From: Candidatus Thorarchaeota archaeon | GTDB lineage: Archaea; Asgardarchaeota; Thorarchaeia; Thorarchaeales; Thorarchaeaceae | Assembly (NCBI GenBank): GCA_003345595.1 | Contig: PRDI01000066.1 | Span: 1-39,655 of the forward strand | Direction of reading: 5' to 3' | Length of the DNA stretch: 39,655 nt | In this document: one piece after another, positions 36,451 through 39,655 of the stretch | How the letters are laid out: each line of letters opens with the position of its first letter | Numbering within the stretch: position 1 is the first letter of the stretch | Made by a program: the position numbers and the translations under genes | The notes under the pieces: generated by a model | What the model was told of the DNA's origin: nothing | The model's database searches: none | Seen by the model: only the letters and a program-made list of their open reading frames with translations

Positions 36451-37953
36451 TCAACTGCGCAGTGTCCTGAAACGTTTCCTAATCCGACCACCAGCGGTCC
36501 TGAAGAGGCTGTTGACCACTGAGAACTGATTGTGAAACGCATACGCAACAAACGCGACCAGCAAGAAGAACAGGTATACGTTTCGATCTGGTATGAGAAT
36601 AAACAGACTCAGAATGAAAGGAATCAAAACCATCCACAAGGACGGATGCACTTCAGTGGACTCCTTGGAGCACATAGCCGACGTCGAGAGCACTGAAGCA
36701 AACGGCAAGATGGCAACGGTATAGTACTTGTAGATTCCACGTGGCGAGAACAGGTGGACCCACAGCAACATCATCAGAGAGAGGAAGATGAGTTTCCGCC
36801 AGTAGCCCGTGATGTTTCGGTCATCTTTCACTTCTAACAGCATGAGAGCCATGATTGGGAGAAGACCTACAAGCAGTCCCACGGTGTAGTATGTCGCAAG
36901 GTTGATGGACTGAGTCAACCATTCAGGGGCACCTAGCACAATGAAAACGACTGCTAGCGTTATCGGATTGGTCGCAGGTGGAGAGTGGGTCAGGTCTGTA
37001 AGAAGTGTGGCACCCACTCGCTGGAAGATATAGTACACATAGTTGGCCGGGTCGAACAGGTATGGCATTGACATGGCCCCAGCATACAGAATCACCATAG
37101 CAGCGATTCTGGCGAACCCACGAAGGTCCAGTCTATCGCCTGCCGGTCGTTTCTGATATTCAGGCACCGAGTTCTCGACCTGTTCCGTTGTTTGAGGAGG
37201 CACCTTCAGGAGATAGGCCACAAGAGGGAGTCCAAGGAAGAAAGCAGTCTGTTTGAACAGAGCCGAAGTGACCATTGCCAGTGCAGCCGCAACCCTGTGC
37301 CCGGTCATTGCCAAGTAAAACGAGAGCACTGCAAAGAAGACAAAAGGCGCCGGATTCAGCCACTCGTAGGTTGTATAGTAGAGGACTAGCGGGTTGAAAA
37401 GATACACGGCTGCTGATATCTCACCCACGTGTTTGTTGCCAGACAGGTGCCTTGCGATGCCATAGACTGGCAGCGCAGTGAAGTAGCCAAAAAGCGAAAT
37501 CACAAGCCCAATCCCAAAGGGCTGGAGTGGCAGTATTCGGCCCAGAGCACAGACGTACAGAAAGCAAGGCGGAAAGAAATATGGGATGTGGTATTCAACC
37601 CCGCCGACAAAGTGGTACTCGAAGGCATGAGAGTATGGCATGATGCCGACCAAGAACTGGTCTGCCCAGCTCACGTAGTAGTAGTCGTAGTCTGCCCAAC
37701 CTTCGAATCTGAGCGGCAGAGTGAAGCCGAATACGTTGATTTCTCCCACTCCATTCCAAGCGGCCCTGAAAGGCTCTGGTCCATCATTGACAAAAACTGT
37801 GGCCGCCATGCCGAAGACAGCCGCCCATACAACGGCTGCAGAAACCAACACCGACAGGAGTACCCAATGATCGGCCATGACCATGAGCATCTTCTGACGT
37901 AGACTCGGTGTTTCTTCAGACGTCAGAGGTGCCTCCCTCTTCTGAGATTCCAT
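36451..37953 (-). CDS. GT-C superfamily polytopic membrane glycosyltransferase (GT87/PIG-M-like)
   Basis: Luminal DY..Y motif after TM1, G.MPY, Y.FPP, LFNP, ALFKQ; about 11 TM segments. Confidence 0.7.
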   Translation of the reverse strand: MESQKREAPLTSEETPSLRQKMLMVMADHWVLLSVLVSAAVVWAAVFGMAATVFVNDGPEPFRAAWNGVGEINVFGFTLPLRFEGWADYDYYYVSWADQFLVGIMPYSHAFEYHFVGGVEYHIPYFFPPCFLYVCALGRILPLQPFGIGLVISLFGYFTALPVYGIARHLSGNKHVGEISAAVYLFNPLVLYYTTYEWLNPAPFVFFAVLSFYLAMTGHRVAAALAMVTSALFKQTAFFLGLPLVAYLLKVPPQTTEQVENSVPEYQKRPAGDRLDLRGFARIAAMVILYAGAMSMPYLFDPANYVYYIFQRVGATLLTDLTHSPPATNPITLAVVFIVLGAPEWLTQSINLATYYTVGLLVGLLPIMALMLLEVKDDRNITGYWRKLIFLSLMMLLWVHLFSPRGIYKYYTVAILPFASVLSTSAMCSKESTEVHPSLWMVLIPFILSLFILIPDRNVYLFFLLVAFVAYAFHNQFSVVNSLFRTAGGRIRKRFRTLRS

Positions 37954-39655
37954 GAGAGATTCTCGGCGGGTAGATGTAAGCGCTCAACTTGGCTCTCATG
38001 TGATCAGTCGCCGGCAGGCTAGAATGTATGTACTGTCGAATCCGTGATGAAACCTGCCTCACGGGCGCCGTGAACCAATACCAGAACGTGCCAATCTGTG
38101 AACTAAGAAGATACCCTACGAATATCAGAATGACCCCGAATAAGTAGACGTTTCTGTTGGGAATGAGAATCATCAGACTGAGACTGACAGGTAGCCAAAG
38201 CATCGAGAACGAGAATGGCACTCTGTCCTCTTGGCTGTTCACCATCCGCGCCGAGGAGAAAATCGAGAAGAAAGGTGCAAAGAGAGTGAAATAGTACTTG
38301 TAGACTCCTCGTGGACCTGTAAGGTTCACCCAGAGCATCATGAGCATGGTTAGGAGGAGCAACCGGCGGAAGTACTGCCTCTCGCGACCCATTTCCTTGG
38401 GCACGAACAGCATGAGCCCAGCGAACAGCACTGTCCCAAATGCGATCAAGAATCCATAGTAGACCAGCCAGTCAAGGACTCGGGCCAGCCATTCGACCCC
38501 TGCAACAACGGGCAATACCTGGAGGCGCATTGGTGAGTTACCTGGCGGTGGCTCCGTGAAGGATTCCAGTGGAAAGCCGCCCGCAGCAAGACTAAGATGA
38601 AGGAGCAAGTTAGGTTGTGCCAAAAGGAAAGGATACATCACCGCTAGGACAAATAGGACTGCGACCAATGTGTTACTTGCGAAACCTCGGATGTCAAACA
38701 CCTCAAGAAGTCTATCCACCAGTTTCGTCGGCTCCGAAGTTGTGTCGCATGTGGAGCTCGGTAATGGGTTTGAACCGCCTGCTTCTCCACTGCCATCAGG
38801 CGTCTGCACTTCATCTGTCTTCCTCGGTCTTGGCCTCAACAAGAGATACACGACAAGGGGAATCCCCAGAAACCATGATGTCTGCTTGAACAGCGCTGCC
38901 GTGACAATCAAGATTGTTCCAGTGTATTGTCGCCCCTTAACAAGCATATAGAACCCTGAGAAGAAGAAGAAAATGAAGGGGGATGGGTTCAACCACAAGA
39001 AAGTGGTGTGATACAGGACATTCGGGGTTAGGAGATAGGTGAGAGCGGCCGCTTCTCCAACGTGCCGATTATGCGACAGGTCGCTCGCAATCCCGTACAC
39101 TGGCAATGCTGTCAGATATCCGAAACACGCGAGTAGTAGTCCAATACCCCAGTCATCAACCGGGAGAGCTATGCCTGCTGCATAGAGGTACGCGTAGAAA
39201 GGCGGGAAGATGTACAGTCCGTTTCTGTTGACGAACCCGCCCATCCGGAGATAGCCAAACGCGTCATTGTAGGGCATAACACCGTTCAGCATGTTGTATC
39301 CCCAGTGAACGTAGAAGTAACTGTAGTCGGTGTAACCCTCAAACTGAAAATTGATGGTATACCCGAAGAGAACTATGGGTCCGTTACCTAGCCAGACACC
39401 TCGGCTATTCCAGAATGAGCTTGACATGTAGTCGATTACTGCGGCATTGAAGACTGATGTCCAAACAAGCATACCCAAGCATAGGACGATGAGCATTGGC
39501 AGGTACTCTGCAACCGAACGCTTGGCAAGAGTAGTCCACAGTACAAAGCCGGCGTAGATGAGCAAGAGCTGTGGCACGAAGACCTCGACTGCTGTCGAGA
39601 ACGCATACGACCAGACTAACGCACTGACATAGAGGGCCGCAAGAAGCACAGCGTA
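37916..39655 (-). CDS. GT-C membrane glycosyltransferase, paralog of 36451-37953 (probably 5'-truncated by the window edge)
   Basis: Shares FEG..DY..YV.W, TALPVYGIA..LS.N.HVGE, WLNP.PF.FF, ALFKQT, PRG.YKYY and ILIP.RNVYL. The frame stays open to the window end. Confidence 0.72.
   Translation of the reverse strand, partial: YAVLLAALYVSALVWSYAFSTAVEVFVPQLLLIYAGFVLWTTLAKRSVAEYLPMLIVLCLGMLVWTSVFNAAVIDYMSSSFWNSRGVWLGNGPIVLFGYTINFQFEGYTDYSYFYVHWGYNMLNGVMPYNDAFGYLRMGGFVNRNGLYIFPPFYAYLYAAGIALPVDDWGIGLLLACFGYLTALPVYGIASDLSHNRHVGEAAALTYLLTPNVLYHTTFLWLNPSPFIFFFFSGFYMLVKGRQYTGTILIVTAALFKQTSWFLGIPLVVYLLLRPRPRKTDEVQTPDGSGEAGGSNPLPSSTCDTTSEPTKLVDRLLEVFDIRGFASNTLVAVLFVLAVMYPFLLAQPNLLLHLSLAAGGFPLESFTEPPPGNSPMRLQVLPVVAGVEWLARVLDWLVYYGFLIAFGTVLFAGLMLFVPKEMGRERQYFRRLLLLTMLMMLWVNLTGPRGVYKYYFTLFAPFFSIFSSARMVNSQEDRVPFSFSMLWLPVSLSLMILIPNRNVYLFGVILIFVGYLLSSQIGTFWYWFTAPVRQVSSRIRQYIHSSLPATDHMRAKLSAYIYPPRISHGISEEGGTSDV

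Noticed and set aside
1-39655. tRNA/rRNA genes, CRISPR arrays, transposases, integrases, and selenocysteine/pyrrolysine read-through
   Set aside because: None was recognised by eye in the intergenic gaps or ORFs, and no gene appears interrupted by an in-frame TGA or TAG. tRNAscan-SE and Infernal would be needed to exclude small RNAs formally.

Overview
This is a gene-dense archaeal chromosomal window. It is almost certainly from an Asgard archaeon; Thorarchaeia-like is my guess, not verified. Archaeal housekeeping genes include mfnA, hypB, DGGGP synthase, endonuclease IV, Trm11, TFB, argS, the tldD/pmbA pair, aspS and a family B DNA polymerase. They are interleaved with eukaryotic-signature-type proteins: PCI, Yip1, longin-like, IFT52/GIFT-like and GT-C. 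The highlight is a five-gene ESCRT locus at 17975-23022. It encodes Vps4, a Vps2/24/46-type ESCRT-III and Vps25, plus two proteins with unusual architectures. One is a B-box/Zn-finger + coiled-coil + GRAM/PH(GLUE-like) protein that ends in a TSG101/Vps23 steadiness box but has no UEV domain. The other is a Vps28 N-terminal headpiece fused directly to a Vps22/36 (EAP30) ESCRT-II domain. Together they suggest a rewired, possibly ubiquitin-independent ESCRT-I/II coupling. I recognised no rRNA, tRNA, CRISPR array or mobile element. All family calls come from motif recognition by eye; no database searches were run.
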